Positions 44,039-53,700 are shown, numbered from the stretch's first letter. The stretch: 64,000 nucleotides of DNA from Thermoplasmata archaeon (GCA_035502035.1 DATJUZ010000028.1:1639-65638), one strand, 5' to 3'. Notes: generated by a model from the sequence alone, not told the origin. Program-made: numbers and translations.

Positions 44039-45229
44039 CTACCCGCGCCGACGCGCCCCCGGGGGCTCCCGAGGGAGGGAGGCCGGGGGCGTGCCGGACG
44101 GTCCGACCGCCGAGCGGCGGACCTCCTTCGGCGAGGCGCATCCGAGCAGCAGCATCGAGTTGGCGACCTCCGTCCCCAGGAGGCGCAGGTAGCGGTCGAC
44201 GCCGGCCGCACCGCCGACGGCGAGCGCCCAGAGAACCGGACGCCCGACCCCGACCCCCCGTGCGCCGAGCGCGAGGGCGACCAGGACGTCGCTCCCACGG
44301 CGCACCCCGCCGTCGAGGTAGACCTCGGCCCGGCGTCCGACCGCCCGGGCGACGGCCGGAAGGGCATGCAGGCTCGCGGGCGCGCGGTCGAGCTGGCGGC
44401 CGCCGTGGTTCGAGACGATGACGGCTTGAGCGCCGGCGTCCACGGCGCGTCCGGCCTCCTCTGCCGACAGCACTCCCTTGACGACGAGCGGGAGGGAGGT
44501 CGAGCCGGCGAGCCGCTCGACGACCGTCCAAGAGAGCTCGGCCGCCTCGCTCCCAAGCGCGTACACCCCGCCGTTCCACTCCGGCCCGCGGGCCGGGGTG
44601 GCGACGCCCGACCCGTTCCCTACGCGGGGCTGCCGGCGGAGGGCGAACCCGCTCTCGATCTGCCGGTCCCTCGAACCGAGCACGGGCGTGTCGATCGTGA
44701 GCACGAGCGCGGTGTAGCCGGCCCGTTCCGCCCGGCGGACGAGCGCGAGCGAGGCTCGCCACTCCGGCTGCGGATAGAGCTGGAACCAGCGGGGCCCTGC
44801 TCCCGCGGCGGCGCCGATCGCCTCGAGGGAGTCGGACGACAGGGTGCTGTAGACGCCGAGCACCCGGAGGCGGCCGGCGGCGCGCGCCGTGCCGCGCTCC
44901 CCGTCGGGGTGGAGCTCCCGCTGGTAGGCGGTCGGCGCCACGAAGAACGGAGCCCGGACCTCCGTGCCGAGGAAGGTGGTGGCGAGGCTCACTTCGCGCA
45001 GCCCCCGCAGGGCCCGGGGACGAAGCGACCACGCCGAGAATGCGTCGACGTTCGCCTCTCGGGTCCGTTCCGCACCGGCGCCCCCGTCGACGTAGCCGCG
45101 CACCGCGGGGGAAAGGACGCGCCGGGCGAGTCCCTCCAGCTCCCCGAGGGTGCGGAACGGTGGCGACCGGGGGGAGCGACGGACCATCGGGGGACCGACG
45201 AGCGTTCCGCCCCGCGGATTTGACGCCAT
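44039..45229 (-). CDS. FMN-dependent alpha-hydroxy acid dehydrogenase (L-lactate dehydrogenase / glycolate oxidase family)
   Basis: Family signature IVSNHGGRQLD is present, together with WFQLY and VKGV. The start could be at M15. Confidence 0.85.
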   Translation of the reverse strand: MASNPRGGTLVGPPMVRRSPRSPPFRTLGELEGLARRVLSPAVRGYVDGGAGAERTREANVDAFSAWSLRPRALRGLREVSLATTFLGTEVRAPFFVAPTAYQRELHPDGERGTARAAGRLRVLGVYSTLSSDSLEAIGAAAGAGPRWFQLYPQPEWRASLALVRRAERAGYTALVLTIDTPVLGSRDRQIESGFALRRQPRVGNGSGVATPARGPEWNGGVYALGSEAAELSWTVVERLAGSTSLPLVVKGVLSAEEAGRAVDAGAQAVIVSNHGGRQLDRAPASLHALPAVARAVGRRAEVYLDGGVRRGSDVLVALALGARGVGVGRPVLWALAVGGAAGVDRYLRLLGTEVANSMLLLGCASPKEVRRSAVGPSGTPPASLPREPPGARRRG

Positions 45230-45373
45230 CGCCGGGGCGGCCGGCCGCCCCGCGGCGCGCAGCCTCCATATAGCGCGGCCGCCGTCCGACCCTCGGCTGT
45301 GGGGTCAGCCATCGGGTCCCGGTTCGGGACCCGAGAATCGCAGCCCGGCTGCCAATGACCCCTGGGAGGATCG

Positions 45374-45856
45374 ATGCCCAGGGAGGGAGCGACAGGAGGG
45401 CGGACCGACGAGCCAGGTACGACGGGAACGCGCCCGAGCCGCCGCCCGGTCGTCCTCGAGCTGACCGACGAGCTCGCGGCGGCGCTCCGTCCGTGGCTGG
45501 ACGTCACGGAGGTCGGTGCCGTCGGCGTGCGGGCGTGGCTCCTCTCCGTGCTGCCACTCCTGCCGAAGCCCGGCTCGGGGGACCACGTCCTCGACCGGGA
45601 CTCCTCGCGCGGGAGCGCCGAGGAGAGGCTGGAGCGGCTCGCCCGCGCCCTCGCCGAGTGCGCCGGGGACCGGGCCCGCTCCCACTTCCAGGCAGCGGAG
45701 TACTTCCGCGAGAACCGCGTCCTCGCCCGGCGGGTGAAGGCGCTCGAGGCGATCGTCCGGACGCGCGCGGAGGCGACCGGCTCGCGTCCGGCCGGGCTCG
45801 ACGACCCGGAGGCGACCGCGGCGACGGAACGGTACCTGCCGGCGGTGCGCAAGTGA
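45374..45856 (+). CDS. Hypothetical protein (coiled-coil-like C-terminus)
   Basis: 160 aa. Its stop overlaps the GTG start of the USP gene (GTGA), which supports translation. No family recognised. Confidence 0.4.
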   Translation: MPREGATGGRTDEPGTTGTRPSRRPVVLELTDELAAALRPWLDVTEVGAVGVRAWLLSVLPLLPKPGSGDHVLDRDSSRGSAEERLERLARALAECAGDRARSHFQAAEYFRENRVLARRVKALEAIVRTRAEATGSRPAGLDDPEATAATERYLPAVRK

Positions 45857-46290
45857 TCGCCGACGGGACCGGGCCGGTCTCTCGGCTGGTCGTCGGCTTC
45901 GACGGTTCGCCTCCGGCGGCCCGCGCCGCCCGATTGGCGATCGATCTCAGCCGGGGCGGTCGGGCGCAGGTATGGCTCGTGTACGCCCATCGGCCGGACC
46001 CCCGGCTCGCCGAGCCGCGGACCGAGGAGGAGGTCCGCTCCCCCGCGGTCGCGACCGAGCGGGCGATGGAGCTGCTCGTCCGGGAGGGGCGCTCGCGCGG
46101 CGTCGAGGTCCTCCCCGTGCTCCGGGACGGCGACCCGGCGACGGTCGTGCTCGCCGTCTCTCGGGAGGTCGGCGCCGGCATGATCATGGTCGGCACGCGG
46201 GGGCTCGGCGCGGCGGCCCGCGTCCTGCTCGGCGCGGTCTCCTCCCGCATCGTCTCCGCGTCGACGGTGCCGGTGACGGTCGTGCCGTAG
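45853..46290 (+). CDS. Universal stress protein (UspA family)
   Basis: Supporting sequences are RLVVGFDGS and MIMVGTRGLGAAARVLLGAVSSRIVSASTVPVTVV. GTG 45853 lies inside track ORF 45355..46290. Confidence 0.8.
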   Translation: MIADGTGPVSRLVVGFDGSPPAARAARLAIDLSRGGRAQVWLVYAHRPDPRLAEPRTEEEVRSPAVATERAMELLVREGRSRGVEVLPVLRDGDPATVVLAVSREVGAGMIMVGTRGLGAAARVLLGAVSSRIVSASTVPVTVVP

Positions 46291-46346
46291 GGCGCGCCGA
46301 TGGCGTCCCCCTCCCCGGTCGTCGGTCGCCGACCGCGCGCCCGGTC

Positions 46347-48359
46347 CTAGGCGAAGGCGGCGGCGACGTAGACCACGACGAGCAGCACCACGAGCAGGAT
46401 GTAGGCGAGGTAGCGTCCGAGGCGGCCGGTCATCACCCCACCCTTCAGCACGGAGGAGATCGCTTCCGCCGCGCGGACGAGGTCGTCGTAGAACAGCTTG
46501 AACACGTCCAGCACCTCGAGCTCGACGCTGTACGGGACCGGCGTGGCGAGCTCGGCCTGGCGCACGGGACCCGCGCCCGAACGGATCTCGCGCGTGCCGA
46601 GCACGCTGCTCATCATCAGGCGGAGGCCGGTGCTGTAGCCGAACGACGTGAAGACCTCCCCCGGCTGGCCCGGGGCGCTCCCGGCCATCCAGGGCGGGCT
46701 CCGTCGGACCCCGCGGCGGTGCCGTCGGCCGAGCAGATGGTAGCCGACCGCCACCATCGCCCCGGCGGCGAGCGCGATCGGCACCATCGGGGGCGACAGG
46801 ATCCCGAACGGTGCCCCGGAGAGGATCGACCAGCCGTTCGGCACGCTGAGGAGCCCTCCGACCGGAGCGCTCGCCGGCCGTCCCGCGAACGCCGAGACCG
46901 CCGGGGCGAGGAAGCGCAGGACCCACGGCGCACCGACCCCGAGCCCGAGGACGACCGCGCCCACGGCCCCGATCGGCACCGACAGCCCACGCGAACGCCT
47001 CGCCGAGACGGCCCCCCGCGGGTCCCAGAGCACCGCGAAGCCGACGAACTTGACCATCGCGATCACGATCAGCCCGGCGGCGAGGGCGACCGCAGCACCG
47101 GCGACCAGCCCCAGGAACTGGACCCAGGCCGGAACGAACTGGTAGGACTGGAAGAGCGACTCGAGGATCATCCACTCGCTGACGAATCCCGCGAGCGGCG
47201 GGGCGGCCGCGAGGCTCAGGGCCGCGGCGAGCGTGCCGGCGAACCCCGCCCTTTCGTCCCGCTTGACCCCCCCCTGGACCGACGTGAGGTCGAACGAACC
47301 GGTGGCGTGCTCGGTCCAGCCGGCCGCGAGGAACAGGGCGGTCTTGGCGACCGCATGGGCGAGCGCCTGGAAGAACGCGGCGAACAGCGCAAAGACGTAG
47401 AGGTCGGTCAGCCCCTCCGCGCGGGCGAGCATCGCGACCCCGAGGGCGACCAGGATGAGCCCGTTGTTCTCGATGGTGCTGTAGGCGGGAAGCCCCTTGG
47501 TGTGTTCGCTGACCGCGGCGAACAGCGCGCCGAGGAGGGCGGAGATCGCCCCGATCGCGAGCGTCACGGCGCCCCACCAGAGGGGGGGCGAGCCGAGGAG
47601 GCTCAGCACGCGGAACAGCCCGTAGGCCCCCGCGAGCGTCAGCGTGGAGCTGAGGACCGCCGAGGCGTTGGACGGGGCCGAGGAGTGGGCGATCGGCAGC
47701 CACTCGCTCATGTGGAACGGTGCGACGCCCATCTTGAGCGCGAACCCGAGCAGCGCCGCGACGAAGACGAGCGTAGGCAGCACCCCGCCTGCCGTGAGCG
47801 GGCTCTCGGCGAACGTGCCCGTGCCGACCCTCAGGCCGGCGAAGGCGACGAGGACGAACAACGTGCTCGCCTCGCCGAACGTGAGGAAGACGAACCCGGC
47901 GGAGAAGACCCGGTCCGGCCGTCCGCGCGCCTGGAGGATCATCCCGTAGGAGGCGACGGTCATCGTCTCCCATGCGAGGAGGAACAGCAGCAGGCTGGTC
48001 GACGCGACCAGCAGCGCGATCGAGCCGAGCGTGAGCGAGAAGCAGATCGCGAGGAGCGGGGACCGACGGTCGTCGTAGGCGATCGAGTAGCCGGAGGTGG
48101 CGATCCAGACGACGGAGGCGGCGAGTGCGAAGAATCCGGAGAGGCCGTCCAGCGCGAGCCCCTCCGGGTCGCTGAGGGGGCCGCTCCACGCGAGCCCATG
48201 GACCGCGCCGCCCGCGAGCGCCTCGACCGCTGCCGCGAACAGCAGCAGCGACGCGGCGAGCGAGACCGCGTAGCCCAGCTTCGGCCGCACGACCGCGAGG
48301 ACGGCGGCGGCGAAGAAGCCGGCGACGGCCGCGGAGAGGACCACGCCCCCAGCATCCAT
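46347..48359 (-). CDS. NuoL/HyfB/MrpA-like proton-translocating antiporter-type subunit
   Basis: 670 aa and polytopic. FHMSEWLPIAHSSAPSNASAVLS is the antiporter-like conserved segment. Confidence 0.85.
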   Translation of the reverse strand: MDAGGVVLSAAVAGFFAAAVLAVVRPKLGYAVSLAASLLLFAAAVEALAGGAVHGLAWSGPLSDPEGLALDGLSGFFALAASVVWIATSGYSIAYDDRRSPLLAICFSLTLGSIALLVASTSLLLFLLAWETMTVASYGMILQARGRPDRVFSAGFVFLTFGEASTLFVLVAFAGLRVGTGTFAESPLTAGGVLPTLVFVAALLGFALKMGVAPFHMSEWLPIAHSSAPSNASAVLSSTLTLAGAYGLFRVLSLLGSPPLWWGAVTLAIGAISALLGALFAAVSEHTKGLPAYSTIENNGLILVALGVAMLARAEGLTDLYVFALFAAFFQALAHAVAKTALFLAAGWTEHATGSFDLTSVQGGVKRDERAGFAGTLAAALSLAAAPPLAGFVSEWMILESLFQSYQFVPAWVQFLGLVAGAAVALAAGLIVIAMVKFVGFAVLWDPRGAVSARRSRGLSVPIGAVGAVVLGLGVGAPWVLRFLAPAVSAFAGRPASAPVGGLLSVPNGWSILSGAPFGILSPPMVPIALAAGAMVAVGYHLLGRRHRRGVRRSPPWMAGSAPGQPGEVFTSFGYSTGLRLMMSSVLGTREIRSGAGPVRQAELATPVPYSVELEVLDVFKLFYDDLVRAAEAISSVLKGGVMTGRLGRYLAYILLVVLLVVVYVAAAFA

Positions 48360-48366
48360 CGGACGC

Positions 48367-49104
48367 TCACTCCCCCGCTCGCGCGCGACCGAGCACGTCG
48401 AGCAGCGCGTCGAGGATCTGGATCGGGGTCGGCGGGCAGCCGGGAACGAAGCGGTCGACCGGGACGATCCCCTCGAGCGTCGGTCGAAGCCCCGGGTTGC
48501 CGCGGAACGCGCCTCCGCTGATCGGGCAGGCCCCGACGGCGATCACCGCCTTCGGTTCGGGAAGCGCGTCGTAGGCCCGTCGCAGCGGCTCGACCATCGC
48601 CTCGGTCGGCACGCCGACGACGAGCAGGACGTCGGCGTGCCGCGGAGAGTTCGTCAGGAACACGCCGAGGCGCTGCGAGTCGTAGTACGGGCTCGCGAGC
48701 GCGAGGACCTCGAGGTTGCAGGCGTTGCAGCTCCCGACGTCGACTAGGAAGACGTGCAGGGAGCGGCCCAGCTCGCGCAGCGGCGCGGCCGCCTCGTCGC
48801 CCGCTCCGTGCGGGGCGCCGGGGTGCTCGAGCTCCTCGCGACGTGCGACCGCCGCCTCGACCGGCCCGGCGGCGCGGAAGCCGTGGGCGAGGCATCGCGC
48901 GCAGCGGATGCACCGGCCCTGGTCGACCGCACGGTCGGAGATCGCGCCGACCGGACAGGCGTCGATCGCCGCGGGGGGGACCGTTCCCGCCGGCGGGAGC
49001 GGGGCGCGCGCGGTGAGGGGCGTCTCGTCCTCCGTCGCGGGGACACGGGGGTAGTGGGTCGTGACGATCCCCCGACGGAACGACTGGCCGATCCAGCTGG
49101 GCAT
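48367..49104 (-). CDS. NuoB/HycG-like small subunit with an N-terminal single [4Fe-4S] ferredoxin-like extension
   Basis: ATG 49104 lies inside track ORF 48367..49656. The NuoB core is VDVGSCNACNLE, SPRHADVLLVVG, AVGACPISGG and VPGCPPTP. The N-terminal part has ACPVGAI plus CIRCARC. Confidence 0.85.
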   Translation of the reverse strand: MPSWIGQSFRRGIVTTHYPRVPATEDETPLTARAPLPPAGTVPPAAIDACPVGAISDRAVDQGRCIRCARCLAHGFRAAGPVEAAVARREELEHPGAPHGAGDEAAAPLRELGRSLHVFLVDVGSCNACNLEVLALASPYYDSQRLGVFLTNSPRHADVLLVVGVPTEAMVEPLRRAYDALPEPKAVIAVGACPISGGAFRGNPGLRPTLEGIVPVDRFVPGCPPTPIQILDALLDVLGRARAGE

Positions 49105-49108
49105 ACGA

Positions 49109-50431
49109 TCAGCCGTCCGTTTCGGCGAAGACGAGGCCGAAGCTCTCGAGGGCGAAGTGAAAGTCGGTGAAGACCGCATCCCGCATGCCGGCGGCGAACA
49201 GCGGCCAGTTCGCCTGGCTGCTCGTCCGACCCGAGAGCGCGACGACCGTTCCGTCGCGCACCGTGACGTCGTAGACCAGGTCGCCGCTCGGTCCCTCGAC
49301 CCGACCGAGTCCCCGGCCCGCGGCGACGGACGGCGGCGCCGGCTCGACGCCGGCCCCGCTCCCCGGCCAGCGCTCGAGCATCTGCTCGAGCAGGAGCAGG
49401 CTGGCGCGGACTTCCTGCTCGCGGACCAGCAGGCGCGCCAAGGCGTCTCCGCCCTTCTCGTCCGGCAGGGCGAGGAACAGGTCGGTGTACGGGAGGCCGG
49501 GGACGCGCAGCCGGTCGTCCCAGGCGACCCCGCACGCGCGCAGCGTCGGACCGACCCCACCCCATCGCACGGCGGTGTCGCGGGGCACGGGGCAGGTCCC
49601 CTGGATCCGGTCGACGAACGTCCGGCTGTCGAGGAACAGCCCCCACAGCTCGTCAAACGTCCGCGACGCGGCGGCGAGCGCCTCCGCGAGCCACGAGCGC
49701 CCGCCCCGGTCGAGGCGCGGCGCCGGCCCCCCGGCGACGAGCGCCCCGAACAGCCAGCGGTGCCCGAAGACGTGCCCCTGGACGCGCAGCAGCTGCTCGG
49801 CGAGCGCCTGCGCCTGGGCCGCCCCCACGTTCTGCGATGCGGCCTCCGCGATGCGCGCGAGCACGTGGACGTGGTTGTAGACCCGCTGGAGCTCCTGGGC
49901 GAGCGCGCGGACCCACAGCGCCTCGACGGCGACCTCGGCTCCCTGCGCGCTCTCCGCTGCGGCGAGGAATGCCGAGACGTGGGATGCGGAGAAGTTTCCG
50001 GCGAGGCGTTCGATGCGGAGCGCCGCGTCGCGGACCGTCGCGCCGGTCACGGACTCGAGGACGTGGCGCGCCTTGTAGCCACCGATCGGGGTGAGCTCGA
50101 GGATCCGCTCGCCGTAGGTGAGGACGTCGAACCGACCGGATTCGGGTACGCCCATCGAGATCGGCCCGTAGGGGAACGTGAACGTTCCGTAGCCCTCGAC
50201 CGGCCTCCGCGGCGCGAGCGGCCGGAGCTCGCCGACCCGCGCCGTCGAGCTCCACGCAGCCCGGAGCTCGTCGTCGACGTCCGGCGGCGAGCCGTGGACG
50301 AGCACCGCTTCGCCGGTCGCGAGGTCGTTGTAGAGGACGAGCTCCCCCGCCGGATCGACGTAGGCGGGGCTCAGCTCCGGCGTGCGCGTGAAGTCGTCGC
50401 GCGCGACAAGGCGCCAGCCGGCCCTCGTCAT
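49109..50431 (-). CDS. NuoD/HycE-like large subunit lacking all [NiFe] cysteine ligands
   Basis: ATG 50431 lies inside track ORF 49109..51484. It reads RIERLAGNFSASH where hydrogenases have RxCGxCxxxH, and the C-terminus ...ALESFGLVFAETDG replaces DPCxxCxxR/H. The protein has only 2 Cys in total (GTCPVP, RACGV). Confidence 0.8.
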   Translation of the reverse strand: MTRAGWRLVARDDFTRTPELSPAYVDPAGELVLYNDLATGEAVLVHGSPPDVDDELRAAWSSTARVGELRPLAPRRPVEGYGTFTFPYGPISMGVPESGRFDVLTYGERILELTPIGGYKARHVLESVTGATVRDAALRIERLAGNFSASHVSAFLAAAESAQGAEVAVEALWVRALAQELQRVYNHVHVLARIAEAASQNVGAAQAQALAEQLLRVQGHVFGHRWLFGALVAGGPAPRLDRGGRSWLAEALAAASRTFDELWGLFLDSRTFVDRIQGTCPVPRDTAVRWGGVGPTLRACGVAWDDRLRVPGLPYTDLFLALPDEKGGDALARLLVREQEVRASLLLLEQMLERWPGSGAGVEPAPPSVAAGRGLGRVEGPSGDLVYDVTVRDGTVVALSGRTSSQANWPLFAAGMRDAVFTDFHFALESFGLVFAETDG

Positions 50432-51864
50432 GGGGCTCCTCCCCCGAACAGCGCCGCGGCCGCGCGGATCGCCGACGAGAGGTAGGGGAGGCTCGCGACC
50501 CCGAGGACGAGCGCGAAGGCGACGTTCAGGAGTGCGACACCGGCCCCCCGTTCCTCGCGGGCCGGAGCCGGCTCGGACCCGGTGGTCGCCGGCCCGAGGA
50601 CCATGCGGCCGACCTGCCCGTTCACCCCGACGAACGCCACGAGGATCGCGAGCACGAACAGGGCGGCGACCGCGTACTGCCCGAGGGCCACGGCGCCGAC
50701 GACGATCAGGAGCTCGCCGAGGAACGTGCCGAACGGCGGAGCCCCGGTCACCGCGAGGGCGGAGACCAGCCACGTTCCGCCCGTGACCGGCATCGTCGAC
50801 CGAAGGTCGCGGACGGCGTCGATCCGGGTCGTGCCGGTCGACCCGAGGACGTTCCCGGCGCAGTAGAACGCGGCGGACTTCGCGAACGCGTGCGCGACGA
50901 GGAGGAGGAGCGCCCCGTAGAGCGCGATCCCTCCGACCGCGATCCCGACGACGGCAAGCCCCATCACCTCCATGCTCGAGTAGGCGAGCATGCGCTTGTA
51001 CGAGCGCTGCCGCTGGAGCAGGAAGGCGCCGACCAGCGCCGTCGCGAGCCCGAAGACGACGACCAGCTCGCGGATCGGGGCGGGGGCTGGAGTGCCGAGC
51101 ACGCGGTAGACACGCAGGAACGCGTAGAGCGCGGTCGGCAGCAGCACCCCCGAGAACATCGCAGAGACCGGCGACGGGGCCTCCGAGTGGGCGTCCGGCA
51201 GCCACGTGTGCATCGGGAACAGCCCGACCTTCGTCCCGTAGCCGACGAGCGCGAGCGCGGCGGCCATCTCGACCGGCAGGGTCACGGCGGGAGGCGCGCT
51301 CGCGAGGCGATAGGCGTCGAGCGTCCCCGTATCCGTGTACAGGAGCAGCAGCGCGAAGAGGGCGATCGTGAGGCCGGCGGAGGCGATCAGCGTGTAGCGC
51401 CAGGCCGCCTCGACGCTCGTCGGCCGCCGCTCCAGCACGATCAGGAGCGCGCTCGAGACCGTCGTCGCCTCGATGCCGATCCACATCAGCCCGAGGTCGG
51501 TGACGACCAGCGCGCCGATCATCGTGAACGCGAACGCGCCCAGGAGCGCGTAGTAGAGCTGCGGGGTGAGGAACGGCCGGTGCACCGAGCGCAGGTAGCC
51601 GTCCGAGAACCAGACGGAGGTCGCATAGATGCTCGTGACGGTGAACAGCAGCACGTCGCTAAGCGCGTCCACGCCAAGGAACGACCCCCAACGCTCGTCC
51701 GCGGCCGCCCCTAGCAGCACGAGCGACGCGCCGACCGTGAGCAACGAGGCGACGCGCGCGACGGCACGGGTGACGGCCGGGTAGGGGACGAGCGCGAGCA
51801 CCGCGCCGGTCGACGGAGCGGCGAGGAGGACGAACAGCGCGAGCGTGCTTGGCGCGTCGATCAT
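50428..51864 (-). CDS. NuoM/NuoN/HyfF-like antiporter-type subunit
   Basis: 478 aa. Supporting sequence is KVGLFPMHTWLPDAHSEAPSPVSAMFSGVL. ATGA overlaps at both ends. Confidence 0.85.
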   Translation of the reverse strand: MIDAPSTLALFVLLAAPSTGAVLALVPYPAVTRAVARVASLLTVGASLVLLGAAADERWGSFLGVDALSDVLLFTVTSIYATSVWFSDGYLRSVHRPFLTPQLYYALLGAFAFTMIGALVVTDLGLMWIGIEATTVSSALLIVLERRPTSVEAAWRYTLIASAGLTIALFALLLLYTDTGTLDAYRLASAPPAVTLPVEMAAALALVGYGTKVGLFPMHTWLPDAHSEAPSPVSAMFSGVLLPTALYAFLRVYRVLGTPAPAPIRELVVVFGLATALVGAFLLQRQRSYKRMLAYSSMEVMGLAVVGIAVGGIALYGALLLLVAHAFAKSAAFYCAGNVLGSTGTTRIDAVRDLRSTMPVTGGTWLVSALAVTGAPPFGTFLGELLIVVGAVALGQYAVAALFVLAILVAFVGVNGQVGRMVLGPATTGSEPAPAREERGAGVALLNVAFALVLGVASLPYLSSAIRAAAALFGGGAP

Positions 51865-52508
51865 CCGGAGAGCTCCTCGAGCGCGGTCTGCTCCGGCGTC
51901 CCGGTGACGTCACGCTGGATCGACAGGATCACGCCGACCAGGACGACGCCGAGGACGTCCAGGAACACCACGACCTCGACGAAGAGCGGGAAGCTCGGGG
52001 CGAAGAGCGCCCCGGCGTACACGACGGCGTTCTCCTCCTCCAGGTAGCCGATCACCTGGACGATCGTGTTCGAGCGGGTCGCGAGCATCAGGAGTCCCTC
52101 GACGAGGAGCACGAACGGCAGGGCGCCGCCGGGCTGGGGGAAGATCGTCGCGAGCGTCTCCTGGAAGACGAACCAGGCGACGATCGCGAGCGCCACGGCG
52201 GCGAGCGCGTGCCCCGTGACCCGCTGCGCGGCGTGCACCTCGCGGACCCGCCAGCGGAACGCGCGTATCTGGCGGTCGAGGACCCACGGGATCAGGCCCG
52301 CACGGACGGCGACCGCGAGGCCGGCCAGGAGCGCGAGGTCCACGCTGCGCTGGCTCCAGGCGAGCCAGCCGAGCAGCGCGCCGAGGAGCAGCGACTGGAG
52401 AGCGATCCCGCGCACGAGCGGACCGACGAACGACTCCGACTGCAGGAACAGCGCCGTGAGGAGGATCCCGACCCCCACGAGCGCGACGAGCTCGGCGCCG
52501 GGGTCCAC
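51861..52508 (-). CDS. HyfE-like small membrane subunit
   Basis: 215 aa, about 6-7 TMS, with size and position as in hyf/ehr-type operons. The start is GTG, abutting the upstream stop. Confidence 0.65.
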   Translation of the reverse strand: MDPGAELVALVGVGILLTALFLQSESFVGPLVRGIALQSLLLGALLGWLAWSQRSVDLALLAGLAVAVRAGLIPWVLDRQIRAFRWRVREVHAAQRVTGHALAAVALAIVAWFVFQETLATIFPQPGGALPFVLLVEGLLMLATRSNTIVQVIGYLEEENAVVYAGALFAPSFPLFVEVVVFLDVLGVVLVGVILSIQRDVTGTPEQTALEELSG

Positions 52509-53465
52509 CTAGGGCACCCCCAGCACGACGAACGCGAAGATCGAAAGGATCGCGAGCGAGAACGACAGCGCGAGGAAGTCGCGGATCTTGAACAGCCGCA
52601 CCTTCGCGAGCGTCGCCTCCAGCAGGACGACCAGGGCGACCAGCGCGAGCAGCTTGCCGAGCAGCACGCCGATGTTCAGGACCGCCCCGACGAGCGACGG
52701 CTCGGCGAACATCCCCCACGGGAGCAGGAAGACGTTGACGAAGACCGAGTAGAGCAGGAACTGCTTCATCCAGCCGTTCCAGCGAAGGACGCCGAGCAGT
52801 CGGCCGGAGTGCTCGAAGATCCGACCGTCCTCGAGCATGCCGAACTCCATGAGTCCGGCGCTCTCGACCGGGAGCTTGCCGGTCTCGACGAGCAGGAGCA
52901 GGAAGAACGCGGCGGTGACGAGCAGGTGCGTCGGCGAGACGTACGCCGACATCGACGACGAGAGCAGGTTGTTCGTGACGTACGGGTTGTTCGTTCCCGT
53001 GATCACCGCGACGGCGAAGAACACGATGATCAGCGTCGGCTCGGCGAACGCGGCGAAGGAGACGGTGCGGCTGGCGCCCAGGACCGCGTAGTTGCTACCG
53101 GAGTCGATCGCGACGAGCAGGGTGAGTATGCCGGCGAGGCCGAACAGCAGCCCTCCGCCGAGGAAGTCGACGGTGGAGGCGAACGGGATCGGGTAGGGAG
53201 TGATCACCGGTACCACCACGGCGATCACGAGGTAGGCGCCGAAGGCGACGAACGGCGCGACGCTGAAGACCCGGGAGGCGGAGGACGGGAGGACCGTCTC
53301 CTTGCGGAGGTACTTCCTCAGGTCGCGGTACGGCTGGAGGATCGACGGACCCGTGCGGGACTCGGTCCACGCCTTCCCCCGCGCGGCGATCCCGGCGAGC
53401 AACGGGGCGAGGAGCAGAACGGTCGCGGCCTGGAGAACGTTGACGACCTGAGCCGTTGCGTCCAC
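52509..53465 (-). CDS. NuoH/HycD/HyfC-like membrane subunit
   Basis: 318 aa. Supporting sequences are ILQPYRDLRKYLRKE and LVETGKLPVESAGLMEFGMLED, typical of the HycD/NuoH family. First gene of the operon. Confidence 0.85.
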   Translation of the reverse strand: MDATAQVVNVLQAATVLLLAPLLAGIAARGKAWTESRTGPSILQPYRDLRKYLRKETVLPSSASRVFSVAPFVAFGAYLVIAVVVPVITPYPIPFASTVDFLGGGLLFGLAGILTLLVAIDSGSNYAVLGASRTVSFAAFAEPTLIIVFFAVAVITGTNNPYVTNNLLSSSMSAYVSPTHLLVTAAFFLLLLVETGKLPVESAGLMEFGMLEDGRIFEHSGRLLGVLRWNGWMKQFLLYSVFVNVFLLPWGMFAEPSLVGAVLNIGVLLGKLLALVALVVLLEATLAKVRLFKIRDFLALSFSLAILSIFAFVVLGVP

Positions 53466-53620
53466 TGCTGCCCACTCCGGTGTTCGGGAGCAGGCGTCAT
53501 TGGCCCGTGGGGCGGTTCGCCGGCAGGGCCGGCCGGCGGACGCCTCCGCCTGCCCGGTGGGGAGAGGGCGAGGTACTTAGCCATGCCGACGGGAGCGCAG
53601 CGGGGACCCCTACGACCGAC

Positions 53621-53631
53621 GGCCCCTCGGG
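53621..53631 (+). repeat. Left copy of the 11-bp direct repeat GGCCCCTCGGG bracketing the low-GC island
   Basis: Exact match to 59486-59496. Both copies are followed by a T-rich/TATA-like sequence (cTTTGGGATTTATG versus TTTCTTTAAATA). Confidence 0.35.
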
Positions 53632-53700
53632 CTTTGGGATTTATGTCCTGCAACAGGAACCTTGGGAAAAAATTCAACTTTGCGGGATTTTTTGAGTCTC

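Noticed and set aside
46347-53465. Calling the operon a functional Hyf/Ech/Mbh-type [NiFe] hydrogenase or formate hydrogenlyase.
   Set aside because: The large subunit lacks both CxxC ligand pairs, and no maturation (hyp, endopeptidase) or formate dehydrogenase genes are adjacent.
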